From: Pseudobacteriovorax antillogorgiicola
Lineage (GTDB): Bacteria > Bdellovibrionota_B > Oligoflexia > Oligoflexales > RGVZ01
NCBI GenBank assembly: GCA_945898195.1
Contig: CAMDHM010000013.1
Span: 93 to 64,092, forward strand
Direction of reading: 5' to 3'
DNA: 64,000 bases
Position 1 is the stretch's first letter. Every line of letters starts with the position of its first letter. The notes under the pieces were generated by a model. The model had not been told where the DNA came from. It worked only from the letters and a program-made list of their open reading frames with translations, and did not search any database. This document shows, one piece after another, positions 9,892-18,561 of the stretch. The translations under genes were made by a program, and so were the position numbers.

Positions 9892-10686
9892 CTAAAGTAT
9901 TTTTACAAAAAAACTATGACTGCCAATTTGGACTTCATCTGAATCTAGAAGTGGACGACGGGTTGGATTCGTCCCATTCCCTTGGATCAATACACACTCC
10001 CCCGAAGCGACGGCAAAGTAGCCACTTCGCTGAGCTAACTTGGAATCAACGAGGGTTAGTTCCAGGTCTCTCTCCGAACCAAATTCGTTGTCGCCAGAAA
10101 CCAGCCGGAAATCCTGACCTGCGTAAGGTCCATATAATCCGACGAGCCATCCCAAGCAGACTCGTTTGGGGGCTTCATTACGGAACGTTGAAGAGGCCGG
10201 CCTGGGTCTCAACGTTGGCTTGTATCCGGGCTCCATGCGAAGGGCCGTGCGAAAAATAAAACGCGCCGCGCCAATTCCAATTTCGTCGCCGTCTAATAGT
10301 TGAGCCGAAGTGATTTGCTGGCCATTAACCAATAAACCGTCCCGCCCACCAAGATCATGCAGGCTGACCGCGCCAGATTCGATGCTGATTTCAGCATGCC
10401 TGACAGAAACGTCAGGGTGGGTCAGACAGATATTTGATTTATATCCAGACCCAATAGAATGGGTGCCATTGCAAATGCGAAAATCTTCGCCCCAGTGTTG
10501 CCCATTCAAACCGACAAGCCAGCCACCGACTGACTGGCCATTGAATCCGCCGGCGCTTTGCGTGGAGCAAAGAGAGTGGGCAAGACCGAACTGGGACTTC
10601 ATCGCTCCGCGCCCAAGTCCGCGTTCAGCCAAAGGACAGACCTTGCCCATCGCAACTCCTCCGATCGAAATACCGGAGGAGCTCAC
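9892..10686 (-). CDS. Tandem FHA-domain protein
   Basis: Two repeats of GWLVGL.G...G.DFR; VSVRHAEI, LVNG, LLDGDEIGIG and LLDSDEVQIG. Confidence 0.85.
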   Translation of the reverse strand: MSSSGISIGGVAMGKVCPLAERGLGRGAMKSQFGLAHSLCSTQSAGGFNGQSVGGWLVGLNGQHWGEDFRICNGTHSIGSGYKSNICLTHPDVSVRHAEISIESGAVSLHDLGGRDGLLVNGQQITSAQLLDGDEIGIGAARFIFRTALRMEPGYKPTLRPRPASSTFRNEAPKRVCLGWLVGLYGPYAGQDFRLVSGDNEFGSERDLELTLVDSKLAQRSGYFAVASGECVLIQGNGTNPTRRPLLDSDEVQIGSHSFFVKIL

Positions 10687-10693
10687 AAGCTGC

Positions 10694-11779
10694 CTACCGG
10701 GTGAAAATCAAATTTTTTCCATCCAGCATTTTTTCTGCCGGCACAACTTCACCAATCACTGCTGCAGAGACGAAACCAGCAGATCTTATCGCCTTCAATG
10801 CGTCTGCAGCCTGCTCAGCTGGGAGCGAAAGAAACAATCCACCTGACGTTTGAGGATCAACAACTAACTTCCGACGCACCTCAGTCCACTTTGCTGCATC
10901 GGCTCCATCAAGGTTCCACGCAACTTTCGCCCTCGTGTAAACATCATTGCTTGTGTGAGCCCGGGTCAAGTGACCCGCCTCAAGGCATTCAAAGCATCCC
11001 TTTAGTGTAGGCAAAGAATCAGGATTGATCAAAAATCCGCATCCGCTAGCTTCGGCCATCTGCATCGCATGCCCAGCCAACCCAAATCCGGTGATGTCGG
11101 TTGCGGCATTGACGGTAAATGGCGCCATCGCGTCGATCACATCGTTGATGGTGGTCATGCTCTCAATTGCGCCCTGGATCCAGGGTAACGAGGCTTCCCC
11201 CTTTTTAAGCGCGGCCGTAATGGTTCCGGTTCCCAAGCCCTTGGTGAGAATTAAAGCATCCCCGGGCCTGGCGCCCGCATTCGTCCAATGGCGACCCTTG
11301 TGCACAAAGCCACTGACCGAAAAACCCATTTTCAGGGTGTCATCATCGATCGTATGGCCTCCCCCCAAAGCAATCCCCGCCCGATTCAATACAGCCATCG
11401 CGCCGTCCATGAGGGGACGAATCATTTCCAAAGGCAAAACGCTCGAAGGAAACGCCAAGATAGTCATCGCCGTCGCCGGTTTACCACCCATCGCGTAAAC
11501 GTCGCTGATCGCATTGGCTGCTGCAACCGCACCGAAATCAAAGGCAGAATCAACAATTGGGGTGAAAAAATCCAAGGTTTGAACCAAAAGCCGTCCATCG
11601 CCAAGGTCCCACAAACAAGCATCATCCATCGTCTCATGGCCAACTAAGAGCTCTGCGGGGCGATTCTGCTTTAGTCCTGACAAAACTTCGCGCAGTGCAC
11701 CTGCCGGCAATTTTGCGGCACAGCCACCTTTTTGAACGGTTTGCGTCAATTTAATTTCGGTCATGTTTATCTTGTCCAT
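10694..11779 (-). CDS. selD: Selenide, water dikinase (selenophosphate synthetase), Cys form
   Basis: GGCAAK, DDA, QTLDFFTPIVD, ANAISDVYAMGG, GGHT, TDITGFGLAGH, DPQTSGGL. Confidence 0.96.
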   Translation of the reverse strand: MDKINMTEIKLTQTVQKGGCAAKLPAGALREVLSGLKQNRPAELLVGHETMDDACLWDLGDGRLLVQTLDFFTPIVDSAFDFGAVAAANAISDVYAMGGKPATAMTILAFPSSVLPLEMIRPLMDGAMAVLNRAGIALGGGHTIDDDTLKMGFSVSGFVHKGRHWTNAGARPGDALILTKGLGTGTITAALKKGEASLPWIQGAIESMTTINDVIDAMAPFTVNAATDITGFGLAGHAMQMAEASGCGFLINPDSLPTLKGCFECLEAGHLTRAHTSNDVYTRAKVAWNLDGADAAKWTEVRRKLVVDPQTSGGLFLSLPAEQAADALKAIRSAGFVSAAVIGEVVPAEKMLDGKNLIFTR

Positions 11780-11794
11780 CGTGAGTTCCCTTTT

Positions 11795-12988
11795 TTATCC
11801 CAGGCGACTTCTGCCATGGGTCGACAAAAAATTATGGCAAGCGCGACGGTCGCCGCGGAAAACGACGTCCCGTTCCGTCAATTCGGTAGAACGAGAATAG
11901 GCCCGGTCATAATAGTGCTCAAGAAGGAGCTGAATCCATCCTGCCTGCACCTCAAACTCCCTCGGCATACGTCGTCCATCCTCCAAAAGCCTCAAAGCAT
12001 CTGCGGTGTTCTTTCCCCCAAGGCGCCTCTCCAAAACCTTGATGTTTTCCGCAAGCACCTTCCATAAATCATCCACCGCGCAACCGCCATCTAGTGGCCG
12101 AGTCACATAATCCATGAAAATAGCTGCCGCTCGTTCTTGCAAAGGTGAGTCCACCACCACGAGGGGGGCATGTCGCATTTGACTGCGAAATCCCTCCGGA
12201 ATACTGACGCGACCAATCATGGTGCTCTCGTCTTCCACCACAAGCCTGCCCTCAGCCCCGTCATACAAAAGTAGACCAAGTTCATTTTCAAAAGTTTGTT
12301 GAGACGGTTGTGGCATACGCTGACCATCAATGCCTACAGCGTGACCAAACGAACTACCCCGGTGACGCGCCATACCCTCAAGGTCCACAATGCGATTTTT
12401 CTCGAATCCCGGGTCATTGAATAATTCGTGAAGCAGAATTGTTTTTCCGGAGCCGGTCATTCCAGCCAAAAGATCCATATCATGTGGTGCAGAAATTTTT
12501 TCCAGCAGCAATCCGCGCAGACTTTTGTAGCCACCAGACAAGCGGACGACGTCAACGGCATGAGCTCCGCCTTGATGCGAACCTGCCGCAGCGGCGATAA
12601 GCTCAGCCAACCAAGACGCCGCCAATTGAGACCTCAGTCCACCACGCCAACAAGACACAAGAATCCGGAGCGGAGCTGGTCCACGCTGAGCGCGCAGGCG
12701 TTGGGCCTGACCAAACCATTCTGCTGCACGTGCTGTGCGCTTTTCCCATACTAATTCCACGCCAAGATCGATTGCGGCCTGCTGCCCGCGCCTTTTATAA
12801 GTAAGCCCGACCTGATGGCGCTCATTATCATCCAAAACCGGACACGAGATCGCCCCTGGAATGTGCCCTTCAGCGAATTCACGAGGAGCCCGCACATCGA
12901 CTAAAATCCACGGCTCTCTTGCAAGTAAAAACGCCTCGGGGGCCATGATCGGAGTTTCAATGTACGGCTGTGGCAAATTGTCCATCAA
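11795..12988 (-). CDS. selU: tRNA 2-selenouridine synthase
   Basis: Rhodanese DVRAP.EF..GHIPGA, CWRGGLRS, GMTGSGKT, DLEG.A.HRGSSFG, QPSQQTFEN, EDES..IG; adjacent to selD. Confidence 0.95.
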   Translation of the reverse strand: MMDNLPQPYIETPIMAPEAFLLAREPWILVDVRAPREFAEGHIPGAISCPVLDDNERHQVGLTYKRRGQQAAIDLGVELVWEKRTARAAEWFGQAQRLRAQRGPAPLRILVSCWRGGLRSQLAASWLAELIAAAAGSHQGGAHAVDVVRLSGGYKSLRGLLLEKISAPHDMDLLAGMTGSGKTILLHELFNDPGFEKNRIVDLEGMARHRGSSFGHAVGIDGQRMPQPSQQTFENELGLLLYDGAEGRLVVEDESTMIGRVSIPEGFRSQMRHAPLVVVDSPLQERAAAIFMDYVTRPLDGGCAVDDLWKVLAENIKVLERRLGGKNTADALRLLEDGRRMPREFEVQAGWIQLLLEHYYDRAYSRSTELTERDVVFRGDRRACHNFLSTHGRSRLG

Positions 12989-13265
12989 TTTTCAAAATTC
13001 CATAATTATGAAGGCGTGCGAAGGATTCTTACTTAATCTTTCCCAGCGCTAACTGTCCACAACGAGCATCATCACAATTTGAAAATCCCAAAAAATGAAG
13101 AACAAGCAGCCGAAACTATTGGTAAATCACAAAAAAAACTCTGCCATCACCAAGCAAACTTTTATCTGACCCGCCTGTTCCACCTAATAGCGACATGATA
13201 AAATCAGAGTGAAATCGCCTAACCCAACTTCCGTCGTTTGCCTTGAATCCATGGAGGAACCCTTA

Positions 13266-14261
13266 ATGCGCCATCATTCGCTCCTGACTCTACTCTCGCT
13301 TCCGGTCTTACTCATGATCAATTCTTGTGGACCAAAGACGCACGGATCGCCGGTTAAAACGCCAATCATTACGGATCCACAGCCAACAATGGACGCCGAT
13401 GCCGCAGCCCTTCAGCTTGGTGAATTCGACTTATCAAAATCCCCAATAATCACAGCCGATGAAATAGAAAGGGCTGTCTCCGCCGTTTCTTTTCCCAAGA
13501 CCATCATCCTTGGACCAGGATCGTCTGCCGTTAACGCACTTCAAATTGCTCCTGTGCAACTCAAATTAACAGCCACCGAGTGCGATAGCGTCGGCCCAGC
13601 CCTTGACCGCATTACCGGCAGCGGTGAGACGATGACCTTTGACTTCGGGTACGACTATTCGACCTGCGCAAAACGCGAATGGGAAAAGGACGGTTCAACT
13701 GTTTCCAACATGAAATATCAGGTATCTCAGCACCTAAGCATGACCTGCCCAGGCGCCAACTACAATTCCATCAACGGCAAGTCGCTACAAGAGCTTGAGT
13801 CAAAGAAGCAAAGCAATTTGCTCGCGTGCAATTACAATGGTTCAAAAGACATCGCCTACACCTTCAAATTGCTTTTTGTGACCATTGCCTCCGGCACCGA
13901 CAAGGATGGCGCTGCATTTTCCGTCGATCAACGTTTGTCCAAGATGCTTGCAGGCACCGACGGATCTTGCACCCTCAATTCCACCGGCAACGTGGTCACC
14001 GTGAAAGAGTGCTTCCAAAGTGATCGCGCCCAGACTGAAGTCACCGGCATCGGCGAGCCAGCATCCGCATTGAATGTCGTGGCTAAAATAGACATGAAGG
14101 GATTTTCAGCAGCCCGAACGCTTCGTTACTACACCGGTTCAAATCCAGCGCCAGTTCAAGTCAACAACTGGACCGGCACTGCCATTTTTGATGGCACAGC
14201 CAAAGCCAGCCTGGCCCTCAGCAATGGCACTGACCACCATGAAGGTACCCTGACTCCTTAA
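13266..14261 (+). CDS. Hypothetical Cys-containing lipoprotein
   Basis: GGAGG RBS before ATG 13266; lipobox INSC; followed by a terminator. Confidence 0.75.
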   Translation: MRHHSLLTLLSLPVLLMINSCGPKTHGSPVKTPIITDPQPTMDADAAALQLGEFDLSKSPIITADEIERAVSAVSFPKTIILGPGSSAVNALQIAPVQLKLTATECDSVGPALDRITGSGETMTFDFGYDYSTCAKREWEKDGSTVSNMKYQVSQHLSMTCPGANYNSINGKSLQELESKKQSNLLACNYNGSKDIAYTFKLLFVTIASGTDKDGAAFSVDQRLSKMLAGTDGSCTLNSTGNVVTVKECFQSDRAQTEVTGIGEPASALNVVAKIDMKGFSAARTLRYYTGSNPAPVQVNNWTGTAIFDGTAKASLALSNGTDHHEGTLTP

Positions 14262-14292
14262 CCCCCAAGACAAATCAGGAAATTAGGCATTC

Positions 14293-14332
14293 AAGGCGCC
14301 GCAAACAGGGACGGACTGTTGCGGCGCCTTTA
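14293..14332 (+). terminator. Intrinsic terminator
   Basis: AAGGCGCCGCAA..TTGCGGCGCCTT hairpin with T tail. Confidence 0.7.
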
Positions 14333-14344
14333 TAAATTCATAAG

Positions 14345-15043
14345 ATGATGTTGCTGACGGATATTCTTTTTTCTGCCATAAACGTCGACATGAATGAAAA
14401 ATCAAAAAGGCTCCGCAGGGCCATCAAGATCACGAGCATTCTGGCCATTGCCCTTGCAGCCCCAATTGGCATCATGATTTACCTGCGGGTAACGCGCGGC
14501 GATTCCCTGCGCGACTTCGGTGAGGTTCAGCCGTTTATCGTAAAAGACCGTGCTGGCGCCTACTTCGACCACACTCAACTGACGAATCACGTCACGGTCG
14601 TTGCACTTTACCCAAAATCTTGCGATGGCTCTGCCGGCACCATCTGCACCAAGATGATCAAGGCCTCTGCCGTGGCTGGGGCATGGCTCAGCAAAAACCT
14701 CGCCACTGAACCCAACAAGCCAAAGGCCCCCGTCCAACAGGTCGCTGTGGTGCCAGAGGGGTTCGAGGCTGCTACTGGCTGGAGAGTTTTTGATTTAAAT
14801 GTTTTTTCGTTGCAGCAAATCGTTCCGGGAGATCCAACCCTTACCGCCCCAGGATTTTACGCCATCGATCCATTGCGTCACTTTCGCGCTAGATTTCCGC
14901 TGGACGTCGATGGAAATGTCGTCTGGAAAGATTTTGAAACGGCGCTCTCGCGCATGACGATGAATCTTTATTTCAACGACTATTTGGCCAAGCGGACCTT
15001 TTTTGGTCCGGTCAAAGAACCAGCGAAACCATCGCGCCCTTGA
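14345..15043 (+). CDS. Membrane-anchored SCO/thioredoxin-like protein, divergent
   Basis: TM followed by FGEVQPF.VKDRAG..F, VTVVAL, C-x7-C and FYAIDP..HFRARF. Confidence 0.5.
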   Translation: MMLLTDILFSAINVDMNEKSKRLRRAIKITSILAIALAAPIGIMIYLRVTRGDSLRDFGEVQPFIVKDRAGAYFDHTQLTNHVTVVALYPKSCDGSAGTICTKMIKASAVAGAWLSKNLATEPNKPKAPVQQVAVVPEGFEAATGWRVFDLNVFSLQQIVPGDPTLTAPGFYAIDPLRHFRARFPLDVDGNVVWKDFETALSRMTMNLYFNDYLAKRTFFGPVKEPAKPSRP

Positions 15044-16073
15044 GGGCCGTCAGCTTATCTTCTAAAAACGTAACCGGAAGGTTTGCTAGTAAGGGCCTAA
15101 ATCGTCCTTTTGCGCACATGCCTTCTCGAAAGGCATCCAGATAGCGCCCCTTAAGGGCGACTTTCATTCGCTGCACTAAACCGCCCGAGACGAACACGCC
15201 TCCGGTCGCAAGTACTTTCAGAGCAAGGTTTCCTGTCTCTTGCCCCATCAGTCCCATAAACATTTCTAAAACTTTGCTCGCGACAGGATCACCCTCGTCG
15301 GCGGCCGTCATCAATGCCTGAACCGGTTGCTCGCCATCGATAACTTCGGCCTCGAGGCCTTCCACCTTCGTTTGCATGCCAAGGTCTCGGGTCACAAAAA
15401 GATAGAGATTGGGCAGGCCGAATTTCCCTGACACGAGGCGCTCCCAGCTCACGTGATGGTGCCCTTGGGTATGGCGCAAGAAGTTCAAAAGGCGCATTTG
15501 TTCATCGTCGATGGGTGAAAAGCTCGAGTGGCCACCCTCTGATCCCACCGGCTGGTGCTTTGACCCAGTCCAGACGATAAAGCCTTCGCCAAGGCCTGTT
15601 CCTGGCGCAATGACACAGGCGCTACCCTGGGGATCGACTTTCCCGCCCAACAGCTCCGACGACTCCACCAATAGGCCTGCCGGCACAGCCACGCCACGTC
15701 GATGGGCCATCAAAGCAACCGCCGCGTGACCGTGGGCTTCCATGTCATTCATCAAATGGATGCGCGCGCCAGGGAAGAGTCCTCTCAGCACGTCTTCCTC
15801 CACTGCCCAAGGCACATTGGTCAGATGGGCGCGACCACCGACAACTGGACCGGCAACAGCAACAGCGGCGCCGCTGAGGATTCCATCACCGGCTTGAAGG
15901 GCACGCAGCACTGCGGCCATCACACTGCTAAAGCTGCTATGATCGCCTGTGGCCACCCGCACTGTCTTAAACGATTTCAGCCGCCCCGATTCAAGGCCAG
16001 CGATCGCCGCTTCGATTTTGGTTCCGCCGATATCGAAAGCTAGGAAATTCCCGGAAATGCCGGACGCGACCAT
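15012..16073 (-). CDS. glk: Glucokinase
   Basis: FDIGGTK, AVAGPV, LTNVPW, LMNDMEA, APGTGLG, SEGGH, SWERLVSG; ATG at 16073 overlaps the upstream stop. Confidence 0.92.
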   Translation of the reverse strand: MVASGISGNFLAFDIGGTKIEAAIAGLESGRLKSFKTVRVATGDHSSFSSVMAAVLRALQAGDGILSGAAVAVAGPVVGGRAHLTNVPWAVEEDVLRGLFPGARIHLMNDMEAHGHAAVALMAHRRGVAVPAGLLVESSELLGGKVDPQGSACVIAPGTGLGEGFIVWTGSKHQPVGSEGGHSSFSPIDDEQMRLLNFLRHTQGHHHVSWERLVSGKFGLPNLYLFVTRDLGMQTKVEGLEAEVIDGEQPVQALMTAADEGDPVASKVLEMFMGLMGQETGNLALKVLATGGVFVSGGLVQRMKVALKGRYLDAFREGMCAKGRFRPLLANLPVTFLEDKLTALKGAMVSLVL

Positions 16074-16312
16074 CAGCTTTGAGCTCCGCCGCAACATTTC
16101 TTAAACTTCTTGCCGGAGCCGCAAGGACACGGGTCGTTCCGGCCAATTTTAGGCGAACTGCGCACGTAAGGATCATGATGATCATGTTGGCCGTGATGAT
16201 GATGTCCGTGATGGCAGTCGGGGCCGTGAACATGCCCACCGATTGCGGATCCGCCATGATCTTCATTAGCTGCGGGTTCTGTTGACGTTTCCGGTGATTT
16301 TCTATTTTCCAC
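16073..16312 (-). CDS. Small His-rich SEC-C motif protein
   Basis: [34 protein letters not shown]. Confidence 0.9.
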   Translation of the reverse strand: MENRKSPETSTEPAANEDHGGSAIGGHVHGPDCHHGHHHHGQHDHHDPYVRSSPKIGRNDPCPCGSGKKFKKCCGGAQS

Positions 16313-16659
16313 GAGGTTTTGCTCCCCTCATCGATCTAAGCCAAGCTGCATGAGCAACATCCCATAAGGGTTCCTTCTTAGGCCACTCTTAAATTGACTG
16401 TGTTTAAAGAAAAACAGCCACAGCCGATGCACAATTCCAGCGATTACGACGGTCAGTCCATCGGCAGGGCGCAAAGGTTCTGGCCCACATCTGGGATATG
16501 GCATCTGAAAACAGCGTAGAAGCGAGCAGGAGTGTACGGTGCAAGGCTATTCCAGTTGAAACGAACAGCCCGGACTGGTTCCCATTGCTTCCGTAAATAG
16601 GCGGTATTTTTGATCTGTTTTTTTTAAAACCTAAAAAAAATTCTGAAAAAATTTTTTGT

Positions 16660-16687
16660 TAAAGATGCACTGGGACGTCCCCGACAA
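16660..16687 (+). promoter_or_regulatory. Sigma28-like promoter
   Basis: TAAA-N16-CCCGACAA upstream of the cytochrome lipoprotein. Confidence 0.45.
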
Positions 16688-16736
16688 AACTCGCATGCTT
16701 CCACATCCGGGAGCAAAAAATTAGAGGAAATTTACC

Positions 16737-17180
16737 ATGCAACTTTTTCACAGACTCGGTCGGGCCCATCTCTTCGTACTATTGATTCTATTATCGGCAT
16801 GTGGCCAGGATAATTCTGTACCGGGCAATCCAACAGGAGTTCCGGGGCAACCAGTTGTGCCAACGCCTACCCCAAATGGCGATGCTAATGGCACAACCCC
16901 CGCACCAGGGACGAACCCTGTTCCAACATCGTCACCCACCCCCGGCGCATATGCGGTTGGGTATAATGAGGATGTGGCACCGGTCTTTCAAAGCCAGTGC
17001 CAATCCTGCCACGGCGGTTCAGGGTTGATGGACACCTACAGCGAGTCGAAATCTAACTTCAGCAATCTTATTTCCCGCATTAATTCAGGCAATATGCCGA
17101 AGGGCCGCCCCGCCTTGTCCCAGGCCACAAAGAACCTGTTGAACACCTGGGCCACCGAGGGTTTCCCCCAGACGCGTTAA
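16737..17180 (+). CDS. Lipoprotein with Pro/Thr linker and monoheme cytochrome c domain
   Basis: LSAC lipobox; PT-rich linker; CQSCH heme motif; distal GNMP Met. Confidence 0.85.
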   Translation: MQLFHRLGRAHLFVLLILLSACGQDNSVPGNPTGVPGQPVVPTPTPNGDANGTTPAPGTNPVPTSSPTPGAYAVGYNEDVAPVFQSQCQSCHGGSGLMDTYSESKSNFSNLISRINSGNMPKGRPALSQATKNLLNTWATEGFPQTR

Positions 17181-17209
17181 ACAGCAGCAGACTCGACACG
17201 GCGTAAGAT

Positions 17210-17236
17210 TAAAGTTTCAGAAATTCGAACCGAATC
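17210..17236 (+). promoter_or_regulatory. Sigma28-like promoter
   Basis: TAAAGTTT-N11-ACCGAATC. Confidence 0.55.
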
Positions 17237-17279
17237 CCTAAAAGTGGTAATTTTAACGGATCGAAAAAAGGAGCATCCA

Positions 17280-18416
17280 ATGATCAATTCAAAGTTCTCT
17301 AGGACGCTAGGAGCATCCATTTTGTCAGGTGGACTTATTATGTCTTGCGGCAAATCCTCAGACGAAGGCAGCACGGCCACAGCCTCATCCGTCTCTGATC
17401 TTGGGCTTTCGGGTGCGCTGAGAATCACGATTCCCGACACCATGGCTGCCGCTGCCGGCGGAACTGCAGCCAGCTTGACCCTCGCTGGGGGCAGCGACCA
17501 CTTGAACCTTGTTGGAAAAAAATCCTCCGAAGCCTGCCGCACAATGGAAAACACCAACAGGGTTTTGGAAAACATGCAAGAACTCGGCGGCATGTTCTGC
17601 CATCTCGAAGTCGAATCCGCGAAGATGAAATTTGGCACCAAATACGAAATCGCGATGACCGGTGATCCGGGCCTTGCTGGATCACCAGCAATGGCGATTT
17701 GGGTCGACAACAGCAACGCCGCTGAGTTGAAAGTCTACATGTGCCAAAATGGAACCTTGAAGCAAAACATCACGATCAGTGGATATACGGGTTCCGGCAA
17801 GGCCAAAGGTTCAATGAGCAGCACGCACAGTGACGGCAACGGAAGCGGTGGAATCAACCTTGATTTTGATTTAACCCAGGACGGCTATAAAATTGTCAAA
17901 GCCAGCATGAAGCATACGAATACCACTGGCTCCGACACCGGTTCCTTTCGTAATTACAGCGATATCAGCCTGGCGGACTCCGGAGTGAGCACCGTCAAGA
18001 TGTCCAGCGTCGGCACCAGGGGCAGCGACACCTTTAGCGATCAGGGATCGGTCTTGTTCAATGGAACCATGGGCCAGGCCTTGTTCAGTGGCGCAGGAAG
18101 CCAATCACAAGGCGGCGTCGCCCATACCTACAACTGGACGAGCCGCTCCACCTTTGGCGCGGACGGAATTACGGTTCCGAAGGCCAGTGCAACTGCTGAT
18201 ATTACGGTTGCTGCAGCCAGCTTGCCAGAGAAATTGGCCGAGTCTTTTGCTCCTACCGCACCGGCCGGATGGGACTGCTCAGGCACCACTGAAACGGTCG
18301 CAATTGATATGACCAATGCCACGACCAAGGCCGCCCACGATGCGTGTAAGTCCGACCACAACCGGTCTTTTAACGCCTGCTGGGGATCTGATTTTGAGCA
18401 AGGCGATCACGAATAA
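17280..18416 (+). CDS. Hypothetical beta-rich lipoprotein
   Basis: AAGGAG RBS; IMSC lipobox; Ser/Thr/Gly-rich with several Cys. Confidence 0.8.
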   Translation: MINSKFSRTLGASILSGGLIMSCGKSSDEGSTATASSVSDLGLSGALRITIPDTMAAAAGGTAASLTLAGGSDHLNLVGKKSSEACRTMENTNRVLENMQELGGMFCHLEVESAKMKFGTKYEIAMTGDPGLAGSPAMAIWVDNSNAAELKVYMCQNGTLKQNITISGYTGSGKAKGSMSSTHSDGNGSGGINLDFDLTQDGYKIVKASMKHTNTTGSDTGSFRNYSDISLADSGVSTVKMSSVGTRGSDTFSDQGSVLFNGTMGQALFSGAGSQSQGGVAHTYNWTSRSTFGADGITVPKASATADITVAAASLPEKLAESFAPTAPAGWDCSGTTETVAIDMTNATTKAAHDACKSDHNRSFNACWGSDFEQGDHE

Positions 18417-18437
18417 TTTACGCGGTTCCCTGATTTG

Positions 18438-18475
18438 AAAGGCTCCCGTTGACCGACGGTGAACGGGAGCCTTTT
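18438..18475 (+). terminator. Intrinsic terminator
   Basis: AAAGGCTCCCGTT..AACGGGAGCCTTTT. Confidence 0.75.
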
Positions 18476-18561
18476 CTGGTATCGCGCCCCCCCCCAAGGC
18501 TGCCTGACCGGTGGACGACGCAAGCAAACACCGTATATAAGAGAACTCACAGGGGGTTCTC

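Noticed and set aside
16450-16510. Possible c-di-GMP-I riboswitch (GGGCGCAAAG..GGCCC)
   Set aside because: No upstream GGCAAACC/GAAA-tetraloop stem visible; an Rfam scan would be needed
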